From contig CM120641.1 of assembly GCA_051362555.1 (NCBI GenBank), forward strand, positions 26,356,401 through 26,420,400: a DNA stretch of 64,000 bases, read 5' to 3'. Within the stretch, counting starts at the first letter, position 1. Every line of letters begins with the position of its first letter. Below are positions 29,658 through 42,183 of this stretch, piece by piece. This stretch comes from Lingula anatina. Its lineage: Eukaryota > Animalia > Brachiopoda. A program made the position numbers and the translations under genes. The notes beneath the pieces were generated by a model that saw only the letters and a list, made by a program, of their open reading frames with translations, did no database searches and had not been told where the DNA came from.

Positions 29658-29947
29658 GACCCAGATTTAGTTGGGCGTATCCAAGATCGACTGTTTATCC
29701 CTGACAACTGCAGACGCGCCCTGGTCAGCGACCGGTGTCAGGTGTGCGAGACCCATGTGGGACAACTGAAGCAAGAAGTGGTCAGCATGGTGCAGTCATT
29801 TGAGCGTGCTCAGTCCCAAGATGCTGCCTCGTCAGCCCCAGGTGGCAGTTCCACCTCTGCCTCGGCCCCTGCCCCTGTGGCTAGAACTGCCAAGGTACCC
29901 ACAGTGTTAAGGTTGCCTTCTTCAGGAACTCCAAGCGGTCATCACAG
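29658..29947 (+). CDS. KIF26: KIF26-like kinesin, coding exon B (phase 0 to phase 2; DPDLVGRIQDRLFIPDNCRRALVSDRCQVCETHVGQLKQEVVSMVQSFERAQ...SGHH)
   Basis: Pyrimidine tract ttcttttttttag|GAC, 290 nt open and GC/CpG-richer than its flanks, donor CAG|gtataa. In frame with exon A. DP...I.D.L..P...RCxxCxTHxxQLKQE matches recalled KIF26B DPAFSAVIHDKLQVP...RCDICATHLNQLKQEA. Confidence 0.9.
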
Positions 29948-32900
29948 GTATAAAATAATCTTGAATAAGTTTCATTTCATTCCATGAAGTGCTTATGTAA
30001 AAATTTTAAAGTAAGTGTGGTAGAAACATTGATTTGATTTAGAGAATAGATGTTATAATAGATGTATTTTACACACAGGTTTATTTATTAAAAGTTTACT
30101 AGTATCTAAGTTGTTAAAGAATATGAACTCATGCTCAATCTTCCTCTTTTTTTTGTGATACAAATGCTCTGGTGTTGTTGTAAACTGTTATTTTAACACT
30201 CTGAACTAGAACTGAAGCAATTCCATTGATTCATTGTACCTAGAAACTTTTTGATGAGCATAATATTTTGATAATTTTTTTGTGCTTTTCTTGACAGAAA
30301 AAAAATATTAGTTGCAGATTGAGCTCTTTTTTTCCTATTGTGTAATAACCATTTTCAGGAAATGGTGCATTACAACAACAATACCTTGTTCACTTGAGGG
30401 AAATTGAATGTTTAATTTGAAATTCTAGCAATCATAAAAGGTGTTCTAATGAATGTAATTGACCAGGATACGTGAAGAATGAGGGCATCACTATGTATCA
30501 CACCGTATCACTTAAAAACATTGCTTTTCTGAGTTTGAGTATTGACATGCAGAGAGATAAATTGGATTGCATTTGCACTACCATTTAAAGCATTCCATGG
30601 ATCCATGGTCTCCAAACTTTTCTATATTGTGTACCAATCTTATTTATTAATGACATGGGAAACAATCAATTTCTAATCATAAATTCAAGTGAAGTAACGA
30701 GCAGGATCGAAAACTCTAGGCGCCAAATGTAAAGGATTTACAGCAACCATTTTTTCCATTTTTGCAGACTTTTTTTAAAAGACTGAACCTCATTTATGTA
30801 GGTAGGTAGCCATTACGGTAAGCTTGACGTATTAGGAATTAATGTGGCCCTTTGTCAATTTGTCAGGATTAGGCTGGCTTGCTGGCATTGTCAGATTTCT
30901 GTAGCAAGCAGATCTTCACTGGGAAGGATGATGCAGGTGCTGACTGCTCATAGACAGGAGAGTACTCTTTTTAAAGGTTGAACAGTACATCTTGTAGTCC
31001 ATCAGTGCTAAGGAATAAGGATGGGATGCGTTTTACTAGTATGACACAACACAGGAGTTCCACTTCTTTAGGATTTTTATTGTTGTGATGGTGATAAGAC
31101 AGGTCTTTTAGGACAGCCATTGTGTGGATAAATGAGTGAGTACCGCACCTTAGCATTGGAACAAAATTTAATTTGCACCTAGGACTAATTTGCAGGTAAA
31201 GGTTATATTGAACTTGAAACGCATTCTGTCCTCTGTTGCATTGGTCACTTACCATTGTGTACCCACAAAACAACGGAAACGTTATCTGATCCTTGTCCCT
31301 CGGCTATGTGGACTACATGACTTTGAATGTTCAATTGCAGGAAAATAACACACCAAATAGGTAAATCTACAGAAGTGAAATTTTAGCTGCTTATTTTGTC
31401 GAAGAAAAATAGGAGTTAAAATGTATGTGTTTATGTTGACTTTTATGTACAAGAGGCTTGACTAGTTTGTATTGAGGTCTCCTTTTTGTTTGATTTTGAT
31501 AAAATGACATTTTAGTAGGGTTTATTCTGTGATTGCTTCCAATCCCTGTGGCTAGTGTGAAGTAAGCTTGTTATTAGGTAATTGTAGATATGAAAGAAAA
31601 CTATTTCCAGAGGAGATGTGTGGCTAGGAGTCGCAAGGTGCACTTATTATAAAAAGCAGGAACTTATCAAGAATGTGAAGTGGTTTCCAAGATGCTATCA
31701 TTTCTATGTTTGGAATAGTCTTACATTGGACACTATTACTAAACTGAATTGTTTAACACTCCAGCATGAATGAAGGTGTGAATTGAGTGTAACCTTCGAT
31801 AACCTTACGTGTGATAAAAGTACACTAATGAATGAACTAAGCAGTGCGTGAGAATTGAGGTCTTCAAATTTGACATTGGTCATACCAAGCAGTGTTGGGA
31901 TCGGATCAAAAACGAATGTGGCCAATCACAGGCATTTTGGAATACAAAACTTCATTCATTGATTATTAAGAGGTAATTTTTTTCCTTAATTGTAAATTTA
32001 ATTTAACCAGTGCACTGGCATTGACAAGAGGGTAAGGCATTGGTGGTATCACTGGTCATGGTGTGGAATTTCAATTGGAAAAGATATAAGAAGGGAATTA
32101 TTATAACAAAGTGGAAACAAATTAGGCAACATGATACAGATCACTGGTTTTATATATGATACGAAAGAATGTGAGAGTAATGTTGCACAGAGTGACGTAA
32201 ATAGTGACGGTGATACCAGATATACAAACAGAACAGTTCTCAGGCCTTAACAGCTCCAGTAGACATGAAGACTCGCATCACCAAGTGGAAAAATGGACTT
32301 TTTGGACTATTGATTGAAGTAGAATGAATTCATTTATTTGAATTTCACACAAATTGAATTGCTGAAATTTTAAGTGTCCATGTAGTGTGTCAGCTTTAAA
32401 GCGCTTCACTGCAACTTTCTTTGTCCATTTGGTGACTGTAAGATTTTGGAGGTAAGAAAGTTTTTTTCTTTTGTGGGAATCCTTAGTGAGATAATTATCT
32501 GGATATGATGCTAAGCTTTCAAAAGTGCCGTCCTCAGATTTAAATAATCATTTTTTTTAAATGAGGATTGATGGGATGAAATTCAGATTTTGTGTTTGTT
32601 GTAAGATAACTATAATGAATATTTCATTTAGGAAATATGTGCATTATATATATTATTTATATGAAGAAGAAAGGCTGTTTACCAACCATGTCAAGTGTGT
32701 AAGAATGTTTTAATGCCAAGGGCATGACTGATATTGTAATGTCCATCCAGATTGTTTCTTTGTGATATGGGAAGTTTGCTTGTTTTAGGATATTCCATGG
32801 CAAACAAATAATGCTAAGTTCAGGCAACATTTCATAATACCTCACACTTAACTTGAAAGCTTTTGTAGAAATCCTGAAAGGAAAAATACATCAAAGGGAA

Positions 32901-35900
32901 AGAAAAATACAGGCAAACAAAAGGGAGTATGATTGGCAAGAAAAGACCATGCTCTGAAAGAAAAAAATCAACCGCTGGGACTAGAGATCGATGTCAAACA
33001 CAAACATATAATAGTAAAGAAAGTTTGCTTTGATTTCACAGAAGGAATTCGAATAATAGAACTAAAATGTTTTGGCAATGCCACCAAGGTAGTGACTTTT
33101 CAATTCCCTAATGAATGTGGTGTCAGGACATTGAGAGTTCGGATATTGCTGAATTAAGTCAAAATAATCTTTCCTGATTGGCACTGAAGAGTTTTTTTGC
33201 GCTTGTTTGAAAACATCCTAGCTGCAATAATCTGAGTGTGTGAAGGAAGAAATTTCTTTAAAAGATATTCATGGGACATTGATGAAATGAGCTGCACGCA
33301 GGCCCTAGTATATAATGTTGTGGCATCTGACATGAAAACTGCTGCTTTTATTCAAAGTTAATTCTTTCATTGATTTCTAAATTGGTAAGGGTATAGTTGC
33401 TGCTACTGGATGTCTGTGCTCGTTGGCATGTGATAGATACTGTTAGACAAATGGAAAGATATCTTCCAGAGCTTTCAAAGAATTTCATTATAGAAGCTCT
33501 GTTAATGGTTAAGGCTTCACTTTGATGAATTCCTTGTTTTATGTTTCATGGTGTGGTTTTCAGACTTTTCCCTCAAATGCTTTTCAGATGTACAAGGACT
33601 TTAAGGGTGAAAATTATCCTATCACAAATTTTATTTCTGTAAAACATGGGGTCAAATTTTTGTCATTGTAAGATAGTGTTGTCTCAATATCTGCTGTAAT
33701 TGTGTGTTTATTCTGAGGCCGACTTGGTGCCGCTATAAGTTGAATTGGTGGTTGTTTTGGCCAGTGAATAGTGTCTGCGGCGTGCGTCTTTTACTATCCA
33801 ACTGCATTCACTCTCTGCAGTATGGTATTACGCACAATTTCATAGGGTCGTGCCTTGCAGTGTGCCCACACAATTGCATTTACTCTGATTTGAATGTGTT
33901 GACATTCTGTAACCTAGCCGGGTTTGTTACTATTGATCATATATGCAGTCAGTAAATATGAAAGGCAAAAGGAGTTTCATTGCAGTTTTTCCAATAGAGT
34001 TATCTTCTGTGTACAAATTTTTACTCATATGTTAGGGGTGATCACTCTATAACACTGTGTCTCTGAGAGAGGCGGCAGGGGAAGATGTAGCTAGCTGTGA
34101 CCAGATAAGTGATGATAGACATTTAGGCTTTTTCCTGCAGTAAGTAGCATTTGTGGTTAGTTTTGATTTTCAGGTATTATATTTCACCTCAAACAAAATA
34201 ATGACTAAATGGCATTTCATTTTGTTGGATTAAGATTTTAAGAAAAGTAATTTTTCCATTAATATTTGTATTTTTTCACATTAATGAAGTGTCCAAAATC
34301 TGAGCAGACTGTTTTTGTAGACTTCTCTCTTAATTAATGCTTGGGTAAATAGTAATTAAAAGGGTCAATAGGTAATTTTAGGCCTTTTGCAAAAATTAAT
34401 AGCTACTGGCGTCAAATGAATAGAGCACTATTAGAATAGGGGATAGCTGTGTCAGAGTTTACCACATACAAGGTAAAAAAAGTGGTTTTCTTTTTAGTTT
34501 TGACCTTACCAGAATAAATAGGTGCACCTAATCAATGAGAAACATAGATTTCTTGTAGACAGACTAACACATGGAACAAAAAAGTCATAGAGTACAACAG
34601 TATAATATAAACAAAAGCAAGTCCACACTGATTGTAAATTAATTTGTAAGACTGGTGGCTATTTTTTCTTAGCTGCAGGGTTTGATTAGTGGCAAGAAGA
34701 ACAAAAGCCTCTCTTGTCCATACAAGGTTAAAGTGATCTTGAAATTAACCCCTAATTCTGTTAAAGGCCATTGCCATTCAATTAATTAGCTATGGAGACA
34801 CACATTGTCAGTGTCTTCCATTTGATCTCCAGAAGAACAATGGACATTTTAGAAGAATAATTGTGGAGAAACATGGGAAATGTTGTGATGAGTAATGTTT
34901 TCATGCAATTTTGCTTTACGACTGATATGACAGGCACAATAAATATCTCAGTATAAAGTGAAGTACACACAGGAGAGACAGGAACAGCTTGGTAAGTAAG
35001 TATACATCACTGGGCTCAGAAAACATGAATTTTGGTTATTAGATTAGATAAAAGCAATTGAAATATAGCCAGTTTTAACAAGTAAAAAGAAATGGGAAGA
35101 GTATGTACAACTATTCAAATTGCTCGAACCATTTGATACATGCTTGGGTGGTATTTTTGCCTGAGAACTGCATTATCAACATTTACATCAAAAGACTTAT
35201 GATTTTTTGTGAGCTCATTTTCTATACATATTCAGTTCTTACTTACGCATGATAGTTTGAATAACAACACGCATGATCTGAGACATCACACCTGTGAAAT
35301 ATTGCATGGTCTAAATAAGTCAGTAAATAGAATTTATTTTCAATATTTTATCAGTCTTTTGAAGAAGAGATTATAGGGTTGAATTATTTCAAACATCAGT
35401 GACCCATGGGATTTTTTTGTATTATTTTCTGAAGTGCAGGTGCTGTTCAATATTTTACCCAAACAAGTATGATTTTTTTTTGTACAGGTTGCATTGTAGA
35501 AATAAATTATTTATAACAACTGTTTTTGCTAAGAGAAATTGACTCCTCCCTTTTTGCTGCGGTTCATTAGTAAAGCAGTGTCCAAAGGCTGCTTTGACTT
35601 TCTGCATTTCACGCTCTGTTACTTAAGGTTGCCTCTGTTTGTGGATACATAATATCTTATAGAACACCGTGTTTGTTTATCCGCACTGCATTTTGTAATC
35701 TCTGACTTGTTGGCATCAGTTTGTTTGTTTGTCATTGCATTATACCTGCGACCTATGGGACCTTTTTGGGCAGAGGAAACATGCTTGAGTGCAAACCTGT
35801 AGATTTTACTATTCTTCTGCTGTCATCATGATAACCGGTGTGGCCTTGGGGTTATGTTTGATTGACCAGACACTGGTCAGGTTGGACAGAAGGCATTGAT

Positions 35901-38710
35901 CTGGTTGTCACAGCTGGATGGTTCTGTCTCTGTCTATCAGTTAGCAGGCTCCATTATGTTTTGCTCCAATTTGATAAATAATGCATGAATGCCCGACTTC
36001 ATTGTTTGATGGGCAATTGCACAAACAGTGCAATTAGAAAAAAGATTTTTGAAAAGTATTGTCCACAGTGAAACCACAGGGGGACCGTTGCCAGAGTAGT
36101 GTAGGATTTCATTTATGAGATCTTATTAGGCCAAGCACTGGACAGATGTAATACTAGACCACGCGTAACCTAATCTGAAGAAAAAATGCAAACATGTGTT
36201 CTAAACACATATATAATTTCTCTTCTTTTGTTGAAATGTTTTTGTGGAAGGATTAGTTTGTTAGGGTGATTCACGATTTCCTTAGTCTTCTTCAACTGTC
36301 ATTTTGGCTGCATATTTATTCCCTGTGGGTTCCACATTGTTCTCATGTGATCTTTGACACAGGGAGAGGGAAGCGTAATGAGAAACAAACAGGATTATCA
36401 CACTTTACTGGGTCCACACACAAGCTACTTGCCTCTTTTCACCTGGTTAAGATTTCTGGCTCTTGATCATTATCAGCCATTGATCCCAGATGAGAGTATT
36501 CTTGATCCCCCTGAAGGGCCATAAGGAGCCAAATACCCTCCCCTCATATTTGAATTGATCTGTCATAGAAAGGCTACAGGGTGCCCTGAATTGGTCTTGT
36601 GATATATGGGCCAGGAAGGTGGTTTATCAATTATGTGCCAGTCAAAGATTAAATGCTCAATAATTGGATTAAGTAATAGGCCATAAGGCTTGAACCTGGT
36701 GATATACCTGGGTGACCCGAGAGAGAAGAAAGATCTTCCCAAAGTTTATAGGAGCAGTGCAGCAGGTAAGGCCTTTGTATTAAGATTAAGATTTAATCAT
36801 TAATTAAGCTTATGAAAACTGATAAAAGACTACCGAATGAACTTGATATAGATTGATTGATCTGGTAATTGGTGTGTGCTATTTTGCTTGTTGTAAGTGT
36901 AAACCAAGTTGCTGGTTTTGTACCCATCACCCAATTTGAAGAAGAATGGCCTTAGAAACTCCTGCATGCTTACTGGCATTTAAATTCTGCGTTTTGTCCT
37001 TATTTTTAGATATTGTGTACTATGTAATAATTATTTTAATGTAAAAGACAAAAGCACCAAATTGGAATATTGCATTAATATTAAAACAAGTGCAGAGTAA
37101 ATAAAGATTGAAATCGTACTTGTTATGAATCATCTCCTAATTAGCTACGAGCAAATATTTCAGCTAGTTTTTGTAACAGTTTACAAACAACGGAAGGCTA
37201 TTTGTAATCTTCAAGCCCCAATAAGTCATTGAACTTCCAGACATTAAAAGGATCAATAGCCAATCTTTTGATCAACATAGTACAAATTCTACTACAATTT
37301 TTTTCCAATTGGCTTTGCAGCTAATAAATATAGTAAGGTGCCAGCTTTTAACACATGACCGGGTATTTAAACTGATTTATATTGATTTTATTCTGAGGAG
37401 AAAGAAATTGTTACCAAGACTGTTTATTTAGTGTAGTTGTACACTTCTTTATCCCAGTAGGTCCTGGGACCCCTAGGATATCTGTTAAAACGACATTTAC
37501 AGCCCAAAGCACAGACTGCTTGGGTTGGTTCAAGAGTGGAATGGGATAATCTATATATTTGTGCCTTTCTTAAGTAGCCTGAGGCAATTTGTGGTGTTTG
37601 CTAGTTGACCTTATAACACAGCATTTTTGCTGTATTTTATAAGTGCTTAATTTACATAAAGCATACACATGAGCTCCATTGAAGAATGCTTTTTACCTGA
37701 ACTCTTGTGGTTTAACTGATTTTGCGATAGTAATAGGATATATGTGCTACTGTTAGGGGATATATTCCAGAAAAAAGCTGGTTTCCATTATACTTATGAG
37801 TTGAATTTGATAAGGACCATCAGTAATATTAACATGGTTGCTTGTAGGTTTTTCAATTACGCTTAATAAACATAATATATTTATTAGAAATTTTTATCTA
37901 TTGATCCACAGAGAAAAAAATAGCTTGCAAAGTAAAATGGGGACTTAATGTAACATATGACATTTAGACTGGTAAATACAACTGCAGACAGGCCTTGATT
38001 AGTAATGTCTGACACTTTCTGGGGGATGTTTCAACTGTGTCACGAGGTCCTAGTCTGCCAACAAATTTTTTGAAAACTGAATTGACTCTAGGAGAGGGTT
38101 CCTCACCTTATGATGGATTAATTGTTTATCGTTTGTAATGAAATATTGTGCAAAAAGCAAAAGGTGGGCAACTTCAATGCTGCCCCAGACAGGTTCAAAT
38201 GAGATTGGGATGCCAGGGGGCATGGGCGTCTGATGAATTGTCCCCTATTGTTGGACATCTTGTTTCTTTGTGTTTACTTCCCTTTTCTTTCCTATAGCAG
38301 AATCATGGTCTGTGGTTGAGGACACTTTTCAGAACCAAAGAATCAACACAGCTTCGTTGGCTTGTTACATATTTGAAGTTTTTACAGAGGAAATCGACAG
38401 GCAGATTTGTACATAGGACTTTTGTAGTTGGTTTTACTCCGGAACTGTCAGCATGAACCAGGTGTCTAAGAACCCATTCATGGGACTTCTTGAACTTTTT
38501 CCTGACATCTATCTGTCAGCTTGTGATTGTTTGGCTGCTTTGATTTACACATCATAAAACTGTATACTCTCTCCCTTCCTTCCGTACATTAGTGCTCATT
38601 TATGACCATACAATTACACTCTCACATGCATTATCAAACACATACGTGCAAGAGCACACGGCCATAAACATGTAAACTTTGTTTACCCACTAGTCCTGAA
38701 GAATGAAGCA

Positions 38711-38955
38711 ATATAGTGATTGGTACATGTATTTACTGGTTTATGCTTCTGGAAAATTGTGGAAATTATTTTTTAGGTGTGGTCATCTTGTATATAATGA
38801 TAGGTGTCTATATATATATTGGCCTTTGCCCCTGGAAAATTATAGTCTTATTATTTGAGGTGTGGTTATCTTGGTATATAGTGATTGGTACATGTATGTA
38901 CTGGCATTTGCCTCTGGTAAGTTTTTAAATGATTAGCTTAGGCATGGTCATCTTT
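38711..38955. repeat. Degenerate minisatellite, about 81-84 bp x3
   Basis: Units start at 38711, 38792 and 38876: ATATAGTGATTGGTACATGTAT...CTGG...AGGTGTGGTCATCTT. Confidence 0.85.
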
Positions 38956-41900
38956 TGATACTGATTATGTGTTTTCTGTACTTGTGTACACCCTACATCT
39001 CCCCTGTGACAGGAACCACGCGCTTCATTGACAAAACATTTCTGGCCCAGTGCTTTCCGTGTAGGACATAATCCATTGTGCCATTATTACTTCATTTGTT
39101 TCAGTCAGTTGAGTTTGGAAACTGATTCTCATTTCACTAGAATGGAGCTTGAGATTGATCTCTCTTGTAAACTCCTCCAAGTGTATAGCCATCTCAGGAT
39201 GTGAGCTGTTCCTATACAATCCTGGACAATCACATAGGGCCTGCGTTTCCCTTATTAATGTCATAATGACAGTGAGTTGCCTGAAAGGCATACAAGAAAA
39301 CTAAGTGGTGCATGATGACGCTTTATAATAATTAATTTGTGCATACATGGACCTATTTTAACCTGTATCAGTCCGATTTCTCCCCGAGGTCTTCCAATGT
39401 GTCAAGGTGAAATCAGGCTTAATGTCATAACACTAATAGTTCAGTAACCCATGAGGTGTAGTCACCTGTGGATGCCCATGGCCAGCTAGATCAGGTGTTG
39501 ACCAGTCCCGTCCTCTAAAATGGAGTATGAAGTTCAAATTATATGTCCGTTATGACTGAATGATGTTAAAAAACTTGTATTTGCATTGAAGATCATTTTC
39601 CCTTTTGTTGATGTTTCACTTATATGAATAAAGATTTTTATTTATCGAGCATTGGAGTTTTTGGTGCATTGTTTAAAAACAATTTTTATTGAAGCAGGGG
39701 CAGTTAAGATGGCGTTTATTAAGTGTCAAAACCCATTGAACTATTCTGATCTGTGTGCTGATGTGTGGGCATTGTCTACAACTTTTCCAGCAAGTTTGAT
39801 GTGGTGCTTGTAACAATAGAGTGACAGATGTTTGAGCTCACTTTGATAGTGTGATGATGATCATGGTGTTTTAATTAAGTGCTTCTCCTTGAGCACCCCT
39901 AACTTAATGAAACCTAATGAAAAACCTGGCATTCAATCAATCAAAAAGTATATGCATTTAATTATGGTGTTCATTGCTTGGTGACTCCCATGGACCATGC
40001 TGTATCACCAGGGGTGACGAGAGCGGATCCTTCATTTTAATTGTCAAAAAACCCTTGAATGTATTTGTCATTAAGCTGTGATATAATTTGCACTCAATTA
40101 CAGCAAAGGATGATGTATCTTTCAGGACCTAATTGAAAGCAATAGATTAGTTCTGCTCTACTAAGAAATAGCAAATGACGTAGACATACAGGTATTTCTT
40201 TTTTTCGTGGAGAGCAATAACTTTGATAAGTGATTGTGAAAAGGATAGGTCATTTGTATGATCTTCTGAGCATTACCAGACCATATTGTTATTCTCATTG
40301 TCCTTTAATTTCACTTTCACATATCAAAGTATTATTCAGGGATGAAAACTCACCACATTGTGGTTCCCAAATTGAGAACAGTATGCCTGAGATCCAGATA
40401 CAGTACGAGACTCCAATACTCAAATCCTCCAGGAGTCATCAGTGAAAAAATAATTAAATTGTGATGCAGGATTGATACAAGAGTTGTCAGTTTATTATTC
40501 ATGAGAAATTGGCACTGGGAGATGTAGAAACAGTCCCAGTTAGCAGTATGCCATTGTTCCCATCCTAGGGAGCGAGTGGAAAACCTTGGAATACCATACA
40601 CATTAAAGAGGAGGATGGGTCTTTTAGAAGAAACAGATAGTTCTTTATTCCTTGATAATGGGTGAGTGGGTCTTTTAAAAAGTTAAATGTACATTAAAAG
40701 GAAATTATGGAAATTGATCATTTGAAAGTTTTTTTAATGTCTTATTGTGTTCAAGTCTTTTAAGGCTGGATGGCAAATTATTGAAAAAAAATTTTTTAAA
40801 GAAACTTTGTATGAAAACGGTTCTCTTGAAGGCAAAAAGTGATAGGAGTCATCTACCTGATATCATAGGTTGGTGCAAAACAAGATTTCACGGCTAGTTT
40901 TACATGTCTAGACAATTGTCACAGGTGAATCCCCCTCTTCAATTCCCTGCCCTTTGCAGCAAATCAGCTCGATAAAGTTGTCTTGATCATGGAAAGGATA
41001 ACACAAGACATAAATATTTGTGGAGCTACAAGTGACACTCCATTGTCCAACAGTGACTTAATCTAAAAAGGAATAGGTACAAGACCCATTGTTCCCAAAT
41101 TGATCCGATTACAAGCCGAAGACTGCTGAATTCTGTTGAATGGTTGAATTGCTGGGCAGGTAGGAATGGATAAAACTGACAATACGTTGGGGATATAATT
41201 ATTATGAAAAAGCAAGATGATACCAGAAATATTGATTAAATTATTTATTTACTGGAATGTTTAGAGGCGTTGGTATAATATGACTGGCAGTTTGAGATGA
41301 AAGAAGTTTATTGAATTTGGGAAAGATAGTGGGCACAGTGGATCAAGAAGTCTCAGGTGAAAAGTTTTGAGATAAAAAGAAACAGCAGAACTTACATAAT
41401 TCCTTTGACAATGTATCATTTCTATGGTAGTGAAACCTTGTGCTGAATGGTGTGTTATTATTTGCATTGAAAGACATTGAATTTTCCAACTGCACTTCTT
41501 TAGTTTTGTTGTGGTACATAGTAAATTTAAAACAGAACTTCCTTGTAAAGGTATTTAGTACATATTAAATGATACCAAGTTATTTTGTAATTGATTAAAA
41601 AAACAAAATAAGTTAAAATATGTTGTTGTGTATCTTCACATTTCTGACTGCTGTAGCAAGTAATTTCTTTAAATACAGGCTGCCCTATATCTTGGGGTAT
41701 ATCAAAACAATGAAAAGGATATGTGCTTTTAACTTTTAACAGATCAGCATTTCTTTTTATATTATTATCTGGGTTTTTACTTTTATAATCCACATACAGT
41801 ACACAATTATAGGAAAAGTATGTCTAATTTTCAAATTAAAAAAAAATAAGTTTTGAAAGAATCACTAAATTACATTGTATCCTTTGAAAATAAGATCTTG

Positions 41901-41980
41901 GATAAAGCAGTCTTGTCATGTTGTGATGTCAGGTAGACCTTTTTCAGCTCTAAAACCCCATTCCAATCAACACATTGTTT

Positions 41981-42183
41981 TAGTTGGGTCTGTCCAACTC
42001 TATGGGAGATTCTCACTAAGTGCAATCAGTGGAATCAGCTTAATTGTTTGATACACCTCTTCATGCAGCTATAAAATAAGGTACCCACATACATTTTTCC
42101 CCTAGCTGCTCAAGGAGTCATAACATTCAGTTAAGCAGATTGCATTTAACTAGAACCCTGGCAGAGTTGAACTGCCCCAACTA
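41981..42183. mobile_element. Palindromic MITE-like element, TA-flanked
   Basis: Left arm TAGTTGGGTCTGTCCAACTCT...TGCAATC...GCTTAATTG...GCAGCTA is the imperfect reverse complement of right arm TAGCTGCTC...CAGTTAAGCAGATTGCA...AGAGTTGAACTGCCCCAACTA. A further copy of the arm lies at 47667. Confidence 0.75.
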
